A stretch of DNA of 64,000 nt from a candidate division WOR-3 bacterium. GTDB taxonomy: Bacteria > Hydrothermota > Hydrothermia > JBDRYB01. Positions 9,518-20,007 of the stretch are shown here, one piece after another (the first letter of the stretch is position 1; the number at the start of each line of letters is the position of its first letter). The DNA lies in the NCBI GenBank assembly GCA_039803205.1, contig JBDRYB010000002.1:1-64000 (forward strand), written 5' to 3'. Below the pieces are notes generated by a model, which was not told the origin of the DNA, made no database searches, and saw nothing but the letters and a program-made list of their open reading frames with translations. The position numbers were made by a program, and so were the translations under genes.

Positions 9518-10255
9518 TCACCTCCAAAAGAAAAACGCGAGGCTGGCGGCCCCAACAGCGAAAAGGTAAAAAGCGAACCAGAAAAGCCTTCGCGAGATCA
9601 GGGTCTTTCTCAGAACCCAAAGGCTGGCTAGGCCCGTGGCCAGCGCAACCGCGAACCCGCCTAGCAACCAGGCCGGGTGCGGCAACGAGGCTATATCCTT
9701 TGCATCCAGTATTGCGCTCCCTATCACGGCTGGAAGGAGCATGAAGAATGAGAAACGGAAGGCCTCCTCAGGTTCAACCCCGAGCAAAAGGGCCGTGGCA
9801 ATGGTCGCGCCTGAGCGTGAAATGCCCGGCAACAAAGCGCAGACCTGCGCGAGGCCAATTATCAAGGCTCTCCACCAATTGAGGGGCATATTCCGAGGCC
9901 TTGCCCACTTGGTCGCTAGGAGGAGGGCACCGGTCAGGATCATGAGAAGCCCAACGGGTAGGGGATCTTCAAAGGATGACTCTATGATGTCCTTGAAGAG
10001 GAAGCCAACGGTGGCCGCTGGCGCGAGGCCGAGCATTAGAAGGCCCAGGTATCTCCAGTTCAAGAGTGCCCTAAGTTCCTTGAATAGTATTATGACAACG
10101 GCTATCGCGGTGGCAACATGAAGGGCTATTTCCGTGGCCGCGCCGGGGCTTTTGACATCCAGGAGGAACTTGAATATGACAAGATGGCCTGAGCTAGAAA
10201 CCGGTAAAAACTCGGTTATTCCCTGGATGAGACCGAGTATTATGTGGTCTATCAG
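9518..10255 (-). CDS. uppP: Undecaprenyl-diphosphate phosphatase, non-canonical (CTG/ATA) start
   Basis: GLIQGITEFLPVSSSGHL upstream of the ORF-track start, PGISRSGATI; no in-frame ATG/GTG/TTG before the motif. Confidence 0.92.
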   Translation of the reverse strand: MIDHIILGLIQGITEFLPVSSSGHLVIFKFLLDVKSPGAATEIALHVATAIAVVIILFKELRALLNWRYLGLLMLGLAPAATVGFLFKDIIESSFEDPLPVGLLMILTGALLLATKWARPRNMPLNWWRALIIGLAQVCALLPGISRSGATIATALLLGVEPEEAFRFSFFMLLPAVIGSAILDAKDIASLPHPAWLLGGFAVALATGLASLWVLRKTLISRRLFWFAFYLFAVGAASLAFFFWR

Positions 10256-10572
10256 AAGAGTCCCTCCCTTTTTTTGCCCATGAGCTTTCTAACCAGGGCC
10301 AATATCTCTCTTATTTCCTGCGTTATCTCTGGCGGAAGGTTTGAAGTTCTGGCCAGCCTTCTAGCCACGCCCTCAAGGGTAAGGCCCTCATCCGTAAGCT
10401 CCTTAATTTTCCTTGCCTTTTCCAGGTCTTTCTGGGTGTAAAACCTCCTCTTGCCATCCCTGCGCGAGGGGTGAAGGAGCCCCTTTTTGTCCCAGTATCT
10501 GAGCGTAGTCTCAGGGACCCCGGTTAGATGGGACACCTCGCCTATTGAGTAGTAGAGCTTTGTCAGGCCCAT
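10252..10572 (-). CDS. MerR-family HTH transcriptional regulator
   Basis: YYSIGEVSHLTGVPETTLRYWD, GKRRFY. Confidence 0.9.
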   Translation of the reverse strand: MGLTKLYYSIGEVSHLTGVPETTLRYWDKKGLLHPSRRDGKRRFYTQKDLEKARKIKELTDEGLTLEGVARRLARTSNLPPEITQEIREILALVRKLMGKKREGLF

Positions 10573-10654
10573 ATTATATCATCCGCGGCCCAGAGTTTTC
10601 AAACCCCATCGTGGTTGCAATAGGATAACACAATGCCTTATCCTATATGGCCTT

Positions 10655-11968
10655 TTGACAACCGGTCTGAGGGAAAGAGGTGATCTAATAATCACAATGG
10701 ATGGGCCGCTTGCCTCTGGAAAGAGCACCAAAGCCAGGCTTTTAGCCCACAGCTTGGGGCTCCGTGTTTTTGATACTGGCGCTACATACCGGGCACTGGC
10801 CCTCGCGGTCCTGAGAGCGGGCGCGAACCCGGACTCAGAGGAGGATGTTTTATCCGTGCTCGATTCCTCGGAAATATCAATGAAATGGCGCGGGAATAAC
10901 TGTTTTGTCTTTCTGAATGGTGAGGATGTTTCGGGCCTGATAAGAACTCCGGAGGTTTCTGATTTTGCGAGCAGACTGAGCGTTCATCCGGGCGTGAGGA
11001 GACGGCTAGTGCGACTCCAGCGCGAGATTGCCGGTAAGGGAATAGTCGCGGAAGGGAGGGATGCCGGAACCGTGATATTTCCAGAGGCTGATTTCAAGGT
11101 CTATCTTGATGCCAGCCCGCGCGAGAGAGCGAGGAGGAGATGGTTGGATTACAAGAAGGCCGGACTGAACAAGAGGTTTGAGGAGGTTCTCGCTGAGACA
11201 GAGGAGAGGGATAAGCGGGACACAGAAAGGAAGGATTCGCCCCTTCGGGTTCCCGATGGGGCATTTGTGCTGAGGACCGACGATGAACCAATAGATAAAC
11301 AGATTGAAACTCTCCTCCGGGCGCTTGAAAAACGGGTTGGCGCTCCCCGGAGGGACAGGCTCCTTTGGCGCTTCTGCTGGTATCTGAGTTGGCCGCTATG
11401 GTATCTGTTATACGGGCTTGGGGTTCAGGGGAGAGAGAACATCCCTGGCGGGCCTTGCATAATCGCTCCTAATCACACGACGATGTGGGACCCACCAATG
11501 ATCGGCGCGGCCGCTAAAAGGGAACTCCATTATCTCGCCAAAGAGGACATATTCGTCTGGTGGCTCACATGGCTCATAAGGGCCTTCAACGCCCTCAAGA
11601 TAAAGCGATCCGCTGGGGCAAAAGGCGCTCTTGAGGAGGCGCTTGAGGTTCTAAGAAGGGGAGGGTGCGTTGTCATGTATCCTGAGGGAACGAGGAACAA
11701 GACATCATCCCCGCTTTTGCCGCTCAAGCTCGGGCCAGCCCTCCTATCGCAGTTATCGGGCGCACCAATAATCCCGTGCTACGCGACCAGACACAAAACC
11801 CCTTGGCGCCCGCTGAGGTGGATATTGAGAAGGCCCAGGCTCATCTACAGGTTCGGGGAGGCGCTCTGGCCCCAGAGCTATCCCCCTGGAAGAAAGGGCC
11901 TCGTTGAAATGACGAGAGATCTGAGACGGGCGATGCTTGAACTGGGAGGACTTCCGTATGAGGATTAG
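10655..11968 (+). CDS. cmk: Cytidylate kinase fused to a PlsC-like lysophospholipid acyltransferase
   Basis: DGPLASGKST, DTGATYR, EGRDAGT; C-terminal NHTTMWD and YPEGTR. Confidence 0.9.
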   Translation: MTTGLRERGDLIITMDGPLASGKSTKARLLAHSLGLRVFDTGATYRALALAVLRAGANPDSEEDVLSVLDSSEISMKWRGNNCFVFLNGEDVSGLIRTPEVSDFASRLSVHPGVRRRLVRLQREIAGKGIVAEGRDAGTVIFPEADFKVYLDASPRERARRRWLDYKKAGLNKRFEEVLAETEERDKRDTERKDSPLRVPDGAFVLRTDDEPIDKQIETLLRALEKRVGAPRRDRLLWRFCWYLSWPLWYLLYGLGVQGRENIPGGPCIIAPNHTTMWDPPMIGAAAKRELHYLAKEDIFVWWLTWLIRAFNALKIKRSAGAKGALEEALEVLRRGGCVVMYPEGTRNKTSSPLLPLKLGPALLSQLSGAPIIPCYATRHKTPWRPLRWILRRPRLIYRFGEALWPQSYPPGRKGLVEMTRDLRRAMLELGGLPYED

Positions 11969-12812
11969 GATAGCCGAGGAAGCGGGTTTTTGTTTCGGGG
12001 TTCAAAGGGCCCTGGACATCATAAACCGGGCCAAATCCGAGGGCAAGAAGCTCTCCACCCTCGGGCCCATCATCCATAACCCGCAAGTCGTTGAAGGGCT
12101 CGCCAGAGAAGGTATAGAGAGCGTAGATGACCTCTCTGAGGCCAGAACCCCCTATGTTGTCGTGAGGAGCCACGGCGTTCCCCCCGAGATATACGAGGAG
12201 GCGAAAAGTAGGGGCATAGAGATAATTGATGCCACATGCCCCTTTGTCAAGACAGCCCAGGATGTAGCCAAGCTCCTCGCATCCGATGGATATCAGGTCG
12301 TCGTGGTTGGAAAGGAGTATCATCCGGAGGTCCTCGGCCTGGTTGGGCATGCTGGCGGAAAGGCCATAGTTGTGGATGAACCCAGCGCCCTAAAGGGCCT
12401 CGTTTTCTCAAGAAAGGTCGGGGTCCTGGCTCAGACCACCATGAGATACGAGATATTCGCTGAGGTCGTCTCGGAGCTTCTGAGAAAGGCTAGGGAAGTC
12501 AGGGCCTTCAATACGATATGCTACACAACCCGCAGACGCCAGGAATCAACAAGGGAGCTGGCCAGGCAGGTTGACCTGATGATAGTCGTTGGTGGGAGAA
12601 ACTCCTCAAACACCACCAGGCTATATGAGATATGCGAGGACATGGGCGTTCCAACTCACCTGATAGAAAGCCCTGATGAGATAGACCCGAAGTGGCTTGA
12701 GAGCGTCAACGAGGTCGGCATCACTGCTGGCGCATCAACGCCTCCAGAGGTAGTGGAGGAGGTGGTGGAGAGATTGCAGGCCATAGGGAGGGTAAAGGAG
12801 GGAATAACATGA
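11958..12812 (+). CDS. ispH: 4-hydroxy-3-methylbut-2-enyl diphosphate reductase
   Basis: AGFCFGV, IIHNPQV, DATCPFV, NTIC, NSSNT, TAGASTP. Confidence 0.97.
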   Translation: MRIRIAEEAGFCFGVQRALDIINRAKSEGKKLSTLGPIIHNPQVVEGLAREGIESVDDLSEARTPYVVVRSHGVPPEIYEEAKSRGIEIIDATCPFVKTAQDVAKLLASDGYQVVVVGKEYHPEVLGLVGHAGGKAIVVDEPSALKGLVFSRKVGVLAQTTMRYEIFAEVVSELLRKAREVRAFNTICYTTRRRQESTRELARQVDLMIVVGGRNSSNTTRLYEICEDMGVPTHLIESPDEIDPKWLESVNEVGITAGASTPPEVVEEVVERLQAIGRVKEGIT

Positions 12813-12854
12813 AATACAGAAACAAATCTCTTTCAAAGGAGGACATAGCTTGAC

Positions 12855-14585
12855 ATGCCAGATGATATAAGGCCTGATGATGCCAAACACCCAGGAGCAA
12901 TATCGGATGATGAATTCATGAAGCTCATAGAGGGCCAAACTGTCCAAGAGGCCCTGAGGATGAACGAGGTTGTAGAAGGCACTGTCGTGAAAGTAACGAA
13001 GACAGAAGCCTTCGTTGACATAGGTGCGAAGAGCGAGGGCGTTCTGAGCCTTGCTGAGTTCAAGGACGAGGAGATAAAGCCGGGGGATAAAATAAAGGTA
13101 TATGTTGAGCAAATAGAATCCGAAGGGGGCCTCATAAAGCTCTCAAAGGACAAGGCTGACTTTCTCCTCGCTTGGGACAAGATCAAAGAGGCATACCAGG
13201 ATAACCTCACGGTGGACGCGAGGGTAATAAAGCAGGTAAAAGGAGGGTTCATCGTTGAGGTTTTCGGAGTTGAGGCGTTTCTCCCCGGTTCCCAGGTGGA
13301 CATCCGTAAGGTGCGCAACTTCAACGCCTTCATAGGCAAGTCCATACCCGTGAAGGTTATAAAGCTCAACAAGCTCAGAAAGAACATAGTGGTATCCAGA
13401 AAGGAGGTCCAGGAAGAGGAGCTCGAGCGCGCCAGGGCCAGACTGATGGAGATACAGCCGGATACGGTTGTTGAGGGGGTCGTCAAAACCATAACCGAGT
13501 TCGGCGTTTTCGTTGATATTGGAGGCATAGATGGTCTCATCCATATATCCGACCTCTCTTGGACCCGTGTTCACAACCCAAGCGATGTGGTAAGCCCCGG
13601 GGAGCGGGTGAGGGTAAAGGTCCTCTCCGTTGACCCCGAGAACATGAAGCTGTCCCTCGGCCTCAAGCACATGACCCCTCACCCCTGGGAGCGCATAGCA
13701 GAGAAGTATCGCATAGGTTCTAAGGTCAAGGGCAAAATAACCAGCCTCGTTGAGTTCGGAGCGTTTGTGGAGCTGGAACCTGGGGTTGAGGGCCTCATTC
13801 ACATCTCCGAGATGGTTTGGGGAAGGCCTCCGGCCCACCCGAGGGACATCCTCCAGCCAGGTCAGGAGGTAGAGGCAATAGTCCTGAATGTTGACATAGA
13901 GCGCCAGCGCATATCCCTAGGGCTCAAGCAGGCAACGCCTGACCCGTGGGCTGATATAGAGAAACGGTTCCCGGTCGGCTCTGATGTTGAGGCAATAGTC
14001 CAGGACTTTGACAGCTACGGCGCATACCTTGAAATAGACAAGGGGGTCCAGGGCTACCTCCACATATCAAACATCTCCTGGACGAAGAGGTTTTCCTCCC
14101 CTGAGGAGGCGATGAGCAGGAACCAGCGCATAAAGGTCCGCATAATAGACATAGACAAGAGAACAAGGCTAATGGAGGTCTCCCTCAAGCACACGAGGCC
14201 AAATCCGTGGGATGAGATAAAGGCCAGGATGCCGGAGGGCTCCGAGATAAAGGCAGTAATATCATCCGTCACCGAGCGCGGCGTCTCCATAAAGATAGAT
14301 GAGGGCCTTGAGGGGTTCGTTCCCCAATCCCACCTTCAGAAGAGGGGAAATCCGAAGGATAACTACTCGCCCGGCCAGGAGATAAACCTCGTCGTCCTTG
14401 AGGTTGAGCCTGAGAGAAAGAGGATCGTCCTCTCCGAGCGCAACTTCTACAAGGCAAAGGAAGCGGAGCGCAAGGAGGAGCTAGCGGCCAGATTCAAGCC
14501 AGAGCCAGCCCGTCTCAATCTCGGCGAGATACTCAAGGCAGAGCTTGACAGGCTGGAGGAGCTCAAGGGAGGAGAAGGCAAGTAG
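12855..14585 (+). CDS. rpsA: 30S ribosomal protein S1
   Basis: Six S1 domains, [19 protein letters not shown]; follows cmk-ispH. Confidence 0.97.
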   Translation: MPDDIRPDDAKHPGAISDDEFMKLIEGQTVQEALRMNEVVEGTVVKVTKTEAFVDIGAKSEGVLSLAEFKDEEIKPGDKIKVYVEQIESEGGLIKLSKDKADFLLAWDKIKEAYQDNLTVDARVIKQVKGGFIVEVFGVEAFLPGSQVDIRKVRNFNAFIGKSIPVKVIKLNKLRKNIVVSRKEVQEEELERARARLMEIQPDTVVEGVVKTITEFGVFVDIGGIDGLIHISDLSWTRVHNPSDVVSPGERVRVKVLSVDPENMKLSLGLKHMTPHPWERIAEKYRIGSKVKGKITSLVEFGAFVELEPGVEGLIHISEMVWGRPPAHPRDILQPGQEVEAIVLNVDIERQRISLGLKQATPDPWADIEKRFPVGSDVEAIVQDFDSYGAYLEIDKGVQGYLHISNISWTKRFSSPEEAMSRNQRIKVRIIDIDKRTRLMEVSLKHTRPNPWDEIKARMPEGSEIKAVISSVTERGVSIKIDEGLEGFVPQSHLQKRGNPKDNYSPGQEINLVVLEVEPERKRIVLSERNFYKAKEAERKEELAARFKPEPARLNLGEILKAELDRLEELKGGEGK

Positions 14586-14606
14586 GGGCAGGTCTTGTGC
14601 CAGCCC
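14582..14606 (+). repeat. GTAG REP-like palindrome, copy 2
   Basis: GTAGGGGCAGGTCTTGTGCCAGCCC; its TAG is the rpsA stop. Confidence 0.65.
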
Positions 14607-14614
14607 TCTGGATC

Positions 14615-15838
14615 ATGTCAAGGGCTTGTGTCATAACTATCGGCTGTAGGCTCAACCAGTATTACTCCCAGATGATAAGGGAGATGCTGGGCAAGGCCGG
14701 ATACGAGATAAGCGGTAGCGATCCTGACCTGGTTATCATAAACGCCTGCGCTGTGACGGGAAGGGCTGAGAGGGACACGAGGAAAGCGGCCAGAAAAGCA
14801 CTGGCTAGCTCTGAGCGGGTTATCGTTACCGGTTGCCCCGGCGAGAGCATCCGGGCCCTCGGCTTTCAAGCAATGACATACGAGGAACTCGCTCGCGAGC
14901 TTGGGATCAAAAACCCTGAGGGGATCTCAGGCTTTTCCGGAAGGGCAAGGGCATATCTCAGGGTTCAGGCCGGATGCGATCTCTCTTGCGCTTATTGCGT
15001 CGTGCCGCGGATGAGGGGGCCATCTGTCTCAAGGTCAACAGAGGAAATAATCCGAGAGGCGGAGCGCCTTGCCGGTGCTGGTTTCAAGGAGCTCGTTATC
15101 ACGGGGACCCAGATAGGGGACTGGCGAGACGGGAACCGGGGCCTCGCGTGGCTCCTTGGAGAGCTCCTTGAGAGGATACCAGGGGTCCGTTTTCGTCTAT
15201 CCTCGGTTGAACCGCAGTATCTCAACGAGGAGCTCATAGGTGTGATGGCCAACGCTGGCTGGCGAGTCGCTGATCACCTTCACCTTCCCCTGCAGTCCGG
15301 CTCAGATAAGGTTCTCTCAGAAATGAGGAGGCCCTACACGCTCAGGGAATACGAGGAAAAGGCTCTTCTTGCCCTTTCGGCTATGCCGAACCTCGCTATT
15401 GGAACGGATGTTATTGTGGGATTCCCGACAGAGACCGAGAGCGATTTTCAAAACACCCTCTCGTTCCTCAGGGATTTTCCCCTCGCATACGCGCACATAT
15501 TCAGCTACTCCAAGAGGCCTGGGACAAAGGCATACCATCTCGGAGAACTGGATTCCAGGACACTCAAAATGAGGGTTAAAACGCTCCTTGAAACCGACCG
15601 GACGAAAAGGTTAGAATTTTCGGAGCGATTCGTTGGAGAGGAGCTTGTGGTCATAGGGGAGAAAAGGGTGGGCGACGCTACCCTGGCTACATCGGGGAAT
15701 TACTTGAGGATGAGGGTAAAGGGCCTTACCCCAGGCCACCTGGCCAGGGTTAGGATGGTGAGTCTAGGCAAAGGGGAGCTCGTGGGGCGGGCCTCGTGCC
15801 CGCCACAGAACTTGGAGAAAAACATATGCCAAAGATAA
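14615..15838 (+). CDS. mtaB: MiaB-family tRNA methylthiotransferase, MtaB-like
   Basis: [21 protein letters not shown] radical-SAM motif, [15 protein letters not shown]. Confidence 0.85.
   Translation: MSRACVITIGCRLNQYYSQMIREMLGKAGYEISGSDPDLVIINACAVTGRAERDTRKAARKALASSERVIVTGCPGESIRALGFQAMTYEELARELGIKNPEGISGFSGRARAYLRVQAGCDLSCAYCVVPRMRGPSVSRSTEEIIREAERLAGAGFKELVITGTQIGDWRDGNRGLAWLLGELLERIPGVRFRLSSVEPQYLNEELIGVMANAGWRVADHLHLPLQSGSDKVLSEMRRPYTLREYEEKALLALSAMPNLAIGTDVIVGFPTETESDFQNTLSFLRDFPLAYAHIFSYSKRPGTKAYHLGELDSRTLKMRVKTLLETDRTKRLEFSERFVGEELVVIGEKRVGDATLATSGNYLRMRVKGLTPGHLARVRMVSLGKGELVGRASCPPQNLEKNICQR
15782..15806 (+). repeat. Degenerate REP-like palindrome inside the mtaB 3' end
   Basis: GTGGGGCGGGCCTCGTGCCCGCCAC. 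Confidence 0.5.
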
Positions 15839-16023
15839 AAACGAAAAAGGCCGCCGCGAAGAGGTTCAGCCTCACCGGCACTGGCAAGGTCAAAAGGGGC
15901 CGGGCGAAGACCTCCCACCTGAAGTTCAGCAAGAACCAGAAGACAAAACGAAGGCTCAGGAGATCAACCACCCTCAAGCCGCAGGACGCTAAGGGCGTAA
16001 AGAGGGCTCTGGGGAAGGGTTAG
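15826..16023 (+). CDS. rpmI: 50S ribosomal protein L35
   Basis: [24 protein letters not shown]. Confidence 0.95.
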   Translation: MPKIKTKKAAAKRFSLTGTGKVKRGRAKTSHLKFSKNQKTKRRLRRSTTLKPQDAKGVKRALGKG

Positions 16024-16089
16024 ACAGCCCATCCTCATCGCTGGTCAGACCTGGCACGGCCTTTCCCTTAAGCTTTAAAATTTTCCCCC

Positions 16090-16476
16090 GTGGAATGGCG
16101 TGAGATGGAGGAGTTCTGGGAAGGCTTCATCATGGTGAGGAGGCCCTCTAGGGTCTATCACCCTCCCACGAACCTTTACGAAACGGCTGATGAATTCGTG
16201 GTCATGGTCGCTGTCTCCATGGCTGAGAGGGGTTCGCTCCGGGTGGTCTACGATTCCGGAACCCTGCTCATCCAGGGCCAGCGCTCTGAACCAGAGGCCG
16301 AGGTGCCGAAGCGCTTCCACCTCATTGAGATAACCCCCGGGCCCTTTGAAAGACAGATAATAATCAACGCGGAGATAGATCCGGACGGAATAACGAGCAC
16401 ATATACCGATGGAATGCTCATAATAAGGATACCAAAGGTAAAGCCCAGAACGATAGAGATCTCAGAGGAGGACTGA
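16090..16476 (+). CDS. Hsp20/alpha-crystallin small heat-shock protein
   Basis: PPTNLYET, GPFERQI, YTDGMLIIRIPK; coupled to lon. Confidence 0.9.
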   Translation: MEWREMEEFWEGFIMVRRPSRVYHPPTNLYETADEFVVMVAVSMAERGSLRVVYDSGTLLIQGQRSEPEAEVPKRFHLIEITPGPFERQIIINAEIDPDGITSTYTDGMLIIRIPKVKPRTIEISEED

Positions 16477-16477
16477 T

Positions 16478-18832
16478 TTGCCCGAGGAAAGGATCCCGCC
16501 CGTTCCCGAGGTCCTTCCGGTCCTTACCATAAAAGGAGGCGTCGTATTCCCTCATTTGTTCTCCCCAATAATGGTCACCACGAAGAGGTCCAGGGACCTC
16601 ATTGACGATGTCCTCGCTAAGGAAGGGGAGCCAAAGTTTCTCGCGGCTGTAACACAGAAGCCGGACACTCCTGAGGACGCGAGGCCGGAGGACCTCTACG
16701 AGGTGGGCTGTGCGGCCATAATACTCAAGATGTCCCGCTCACCCGACGGCAAGGCCATGCGCCTTCTCCTCACTGGGGTTGAGCGCATAAGGATTAAAGA
16801 AATAACCCAGGAAAAGCCCTATCTGGTCGCGAGGATTGAGGTCCTCAAGGAACCAGAGGTTGACCCCATGGACATGGAAGCCCAGGCTCTGAAAAGGGGA
16901 ATAACCGAGGCTCTTCGTGAAATAGCAAAGGATTCGCCCAGCCTGGCCGAGGAGCAGGTAACAATGGCCTCAAGCATAGAGGACCTTGGCCGTTTCGGAG
17001 ACCTTGCCGCTAACCTCGTTAACCTTCCGGTTGAGGATAAACAGCGAGTGCTTGAGACGATAAACCCAATTGAAAGGCTGAGGGTGCTCCTTCCGCTCTT
17101 GGACAAGCAGGCAGAGATAATAAGGCTCTCACAAAAGATACGGGAGAATGTAAAGGAGGAGATTGACAAGGGGCAGAGGGAATACTTCCTCAGGGAGCAG
17201 CTCAAGGCAATACAGAAAGAGCTGGGAATAGGCGAAAACCAGGAGATAGCCGAATTGAGGGAGAGGCTTGAGAAGGCTGAGCTCCCTGAGAGGGCAAAGC
17301 TTGCCGCTGAACGGGAGCTCGCCCGGCTTGAAACCATTCCATCGGCATCCCCTGAGTACACTGTTTCTCGAAACTATCTTGAGTGGCTCTTGACGCTTCC
17401 CTGGAACCAGAGGACAGAGGACAACCTCAACATGGCCCACGCTAGACAGATTCTTGACGAGGATCACTATGACCTTGAAAGGGTGAAGCGCAGGATTTTG
17501 GAGTTCCTCGCGATAAGGAGCCTCAGGAAGGACTCCAAGGGTTCAATACTCTGTTTCGTGGGGCCGCCCGGGGTTGGAAAGACATCCCTCGGCAGATCCA
17601 TAGCCAGGGCAATGGGCCGAAAGTTCATAAGAATATCCCTGGGCGGGGTGCGTGATGAGGCTGAGATAAGAGGCCACAGGAGGACATATGTCGGAGCTAT
17701 ACCGGGGAGAATAATCTCGGCCATCCGGGACGCTGGCACGAAGAATCCTGTCTTCATGATGGACGAAATAGACAAGCTCGGGATGGACTTTCGGGGAGAC
17801 CCGGCCTCAGCGCTCCTGGAGGTCCTTGACCCTGAGCAGAACCACGAGTTTTCGGATCACTACCTTGAGGTTCCATTTGACCTTTCGGAGGTATTCTTTA
17901 TAACAACCGCTAACACGACAGCAACCATTCCACCTCCCCTCCTCGACAGGATGGAGGTGATAGAAATAGAGGGCTACATTGAGGAAGACAAGCTTCACAT
18001 AGCCAAGAACTACCTGATAAAAAAGGAGCAGTCCGCGACCGGGCTCTCCGATTACCAGATCGTTTTCCCGGAGCGGATCCTGAGAAAGATAATCAGGGAG
18101 TACACGAGGGAATCAGGGGTCCGCGAGCTCTCCCGGAGAATAAACGCCGTCCTCAGGCGGGTAGCAGTGGAGGTCTCCAGCGGAAAGATAAAGAATCACA
18201 AGCTCAGGATCACGGAGCGCAAGCTCAGAGAGTATCTCGGTCCCCCCGTCTATTACTCCGAGATGGCGGAAATGAAGGGCAAGGTTGGGGTTGCGACCGG
18301 TCTAGTCTGGACGCCTTTCGGCGGCGATGTTGTGTTCATTGAATCGGAGAGGGTCCCCGGAGGCAAAAGGCTAATTATAACCGGTCATCTCGGCGAGGTC
18401 ATGCGAGAATCGTGCGAGATAGCCCTTACCCTTCTGAGGGCCAGGGCGAGCAAGCTCAGCGTTCAGGAGGATTTCTACGACAAGAATGACATACACATCC
18501 ATGTTCCATCGGGCGCGGTTCCAAAGGACGGACCGTCAGCGGGGATAACGATATTCGCCTCTCTCGTCTCGCTCTTCACAGGAAAACCCCTCGATCCAAC
18601 CGTGGCCATGACAGGGGAAATAACCCTCTCGGGAAAGGTTCTGCCCGTTGGAGGGGTCAAGGAGAAGATCGTTGCGGCCGCGAGGTCCGGCGTCCGTAAG
18701 ATACTAATGCCGAGGTGGAACCTCCTGAGAGACATAGAAGAGGTTCCAGAATACATAAGGCGCAACTTGGAATTCGTCCCCTTGGATGAGGTTGACGACG
18801 CTCTCGCTCACATCTTCCTTGAGGAGGGGTAA
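16478..18832 (+). CDS. lon: ATP-dependent protease La
   Basis: GPPGVGKTS, RGHRRTYVGA, PKDGPSAG, catalytic Lys region. Confidence 0.98.
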   Translation: MPEERIPPVPEVLPVLTIKGGVVFPHLFSPIMVTTKRSRDLIDDVLAKEGEPKFLAAVTQKPDTPEDARPEDLYEVGCAAIILKMSRSPDGKAMRLLLTGVERIRIKEITQEKPYLVARIEVLKEPEVDPMDMEAQALKRGITEALREIAKDSPSLAEEQVTMASSIEDLGRFGDLAANLVNLPVEDKQRVLETINPIERLRVLLPLLDKQAEIIRLSQKIRENVKEEIDKGQREYFLREQLKAIQKELGIGENQEIAELRERLEKAELPERAKLAAERELARLETIPSASPEYTVSRNYLEWLLTLPWNQRTEDNLNMAHARQILDEDHYDLERVKRRILEFLAIRSLRKDSKGSILCFVGPPGVGKTSLGRSIARAMGRKFIRISLGGVRDEAEIRGHRRTYVGAIPGRIISAIRDAGTKNPVFMMDEIDKLGMDFRGDPASALLEVLDPEQNHEFSDHYLEVPFDLSEVFFITTANTTATIPPPLLDRMEVIEIEGYIEEDKLHIAKNYLIKKEQSATGLSDYQIVFPERILRKIIREYTRESGVRELSRRINAVLRRVAVEVSSGKIKNHKLRITERKLREYLGPPVYYSEMAEMKGKVGVATGLVWTPFGGDVVFIESERVPGGKRLIITGHLGEVMRESCEIALTLLRARASKLSVQEDFYDKNDIHIHVPSGAVPKDGPSAGITIFASLVSLFTGKPLDPTVAMTGEITLSGKVLPVGGVKEKIVAAARSGVRKILMPRWNLLRDIEEVPEYIRRNLEFVPLDEVDDALAHIFLEEG

Positions 18833-19414
18833 TTGGTGGAAAAAAGCGAGGGCCTGAAAACCAAAAAGGGTAATAAAACCTCTCTGTCCAAAACTCCGGT
18901 CAACCTTCCAAACATCCTGACCGCCTCCAGGCTCATACTGCTTCCAGGGCTTTTCATAGCCTTTCCCACAAACAACAATATCCTGATACTCATCCTTATG
19001 GGGATCATCTTCGCGACGGATGCGCTTGATGGCTGGCTCGCGAGGCGCTGGGGCCTCGTCTCAACCCTGGGAAAGGTCCTGGATCACGCTGTTGACAAGT
19101 TCGTCCTCGTTGGGATAATTTTAATGCTCGTTCTTTTCAAAGGAATGCCGTGGTGGGTTCTGATGCTCTTCCTTCTCAGGGAAGCGATAACATCGGTGGT
19201 CGGGATAATCCTCCTGCGCAAGAAAATGGAAATATCTGGCTCAAACCTCCTCGGAAAGCTGACCGGTTTTTTCTTCGGGGTCCTCTCGGTGGCTTATGTG
19301 ATTCAATTCCCCTGGCGGGAGATATTCCTCTGGATAACAATAGGCCTGGCTGTTCTGGCATCAGCTTCATATGTTTATTATCATTTTGTGGGGAGGAGGG
19401 CATCGCGCGGTTGA
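18833..19414 (+). CDS. CDP-alcohol phosphatidyltransferase (PgsA-like)
   Basis: NLPNILT, DALDGWLAR, GKVLDHAVDK. Confidence 0.9.
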   Translation: MVEKSEGLKTKKGNKTSLSKTPVNLPNILTASRLILLPGLFIAFPTNNNILILILMGIIFATDALDGWLARRWGLVSTLGKVLDHAVDKFVLVGIILMLVLFKGMPWWVLMLFLLREAITSVVGIILLRKKMEISGSNLLGKLTGFFFGVLSVAYVIQFPWREIFLWITIGLAVLASASYVYYHFVGRRASRG

Positions 19415-19445
19415 ATTTTCCCCATCCCCCGGCACATACTTAAGG

Positions 19446-20007
19446 GTGTTCATAATACTACTGCTGGGTTTGGAACTATACGGAACAGGGGCTTATACCA
19501 TTGATTCCTGGAATCCATACCTGCCCCAGTGGGGAGCTGTTTGCCAGTTTCACATCCTTCCTGTGAGCGTGCCGGTAAGGCTTTGCTACCACAGGGCAAG
19601 GAGCGAGCGCTTTATCTACGGAGGGCCGTTTGACAGCCTCGTTGGATACGAGAGGTTCTCGGAGAGCTTTGTGGGCGTGGGGAGCTTTTACTCGCGCCAG
19701 CTCTCTGTTCCCTGGTTTCTGAATCTTGGAGTAGAGGCAAGCCTCGGCCTTGATGTGAACATGATGGTATACTTCAATCCCTTTCCGCCAGCTTGCTGGT
19801 ATTATCTGCCAGTTCCGAACTCGGGTATCATGAGATTAACAGGGGGTCTTGGAGTTGCTATTGCTTCTCTTTCATGGGAACCGGGGCTGACACGATCATA
19901 TTTGCCAGCGCGGATTATCCTGGCTACATAGCCATTTGCATCAGAAAAGAGGATAGATCGGTTCCTCTGGATTCATGGTGGAGCCACTGCGAATGGTCTG
20001 ATATTGA
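19446..20007 (+). pseudogene. 5' part of a disrupted hypothetical exported/outer-membrane gene
   Basis: Hydrophobic start VFIILLLG, internal TAG ending at 19931, cut by the IS end at 20008; apparent 3' part at 35505-35407. Confidence 0.55.

Noticed and set aside
16041..16054. Shared intergenic 14-mer CTGGTYAGACCTGG (also 63169-63182)
   Set aside because: One 13/14 match is about what chance would give; it is not palindromic and has no consistent position.
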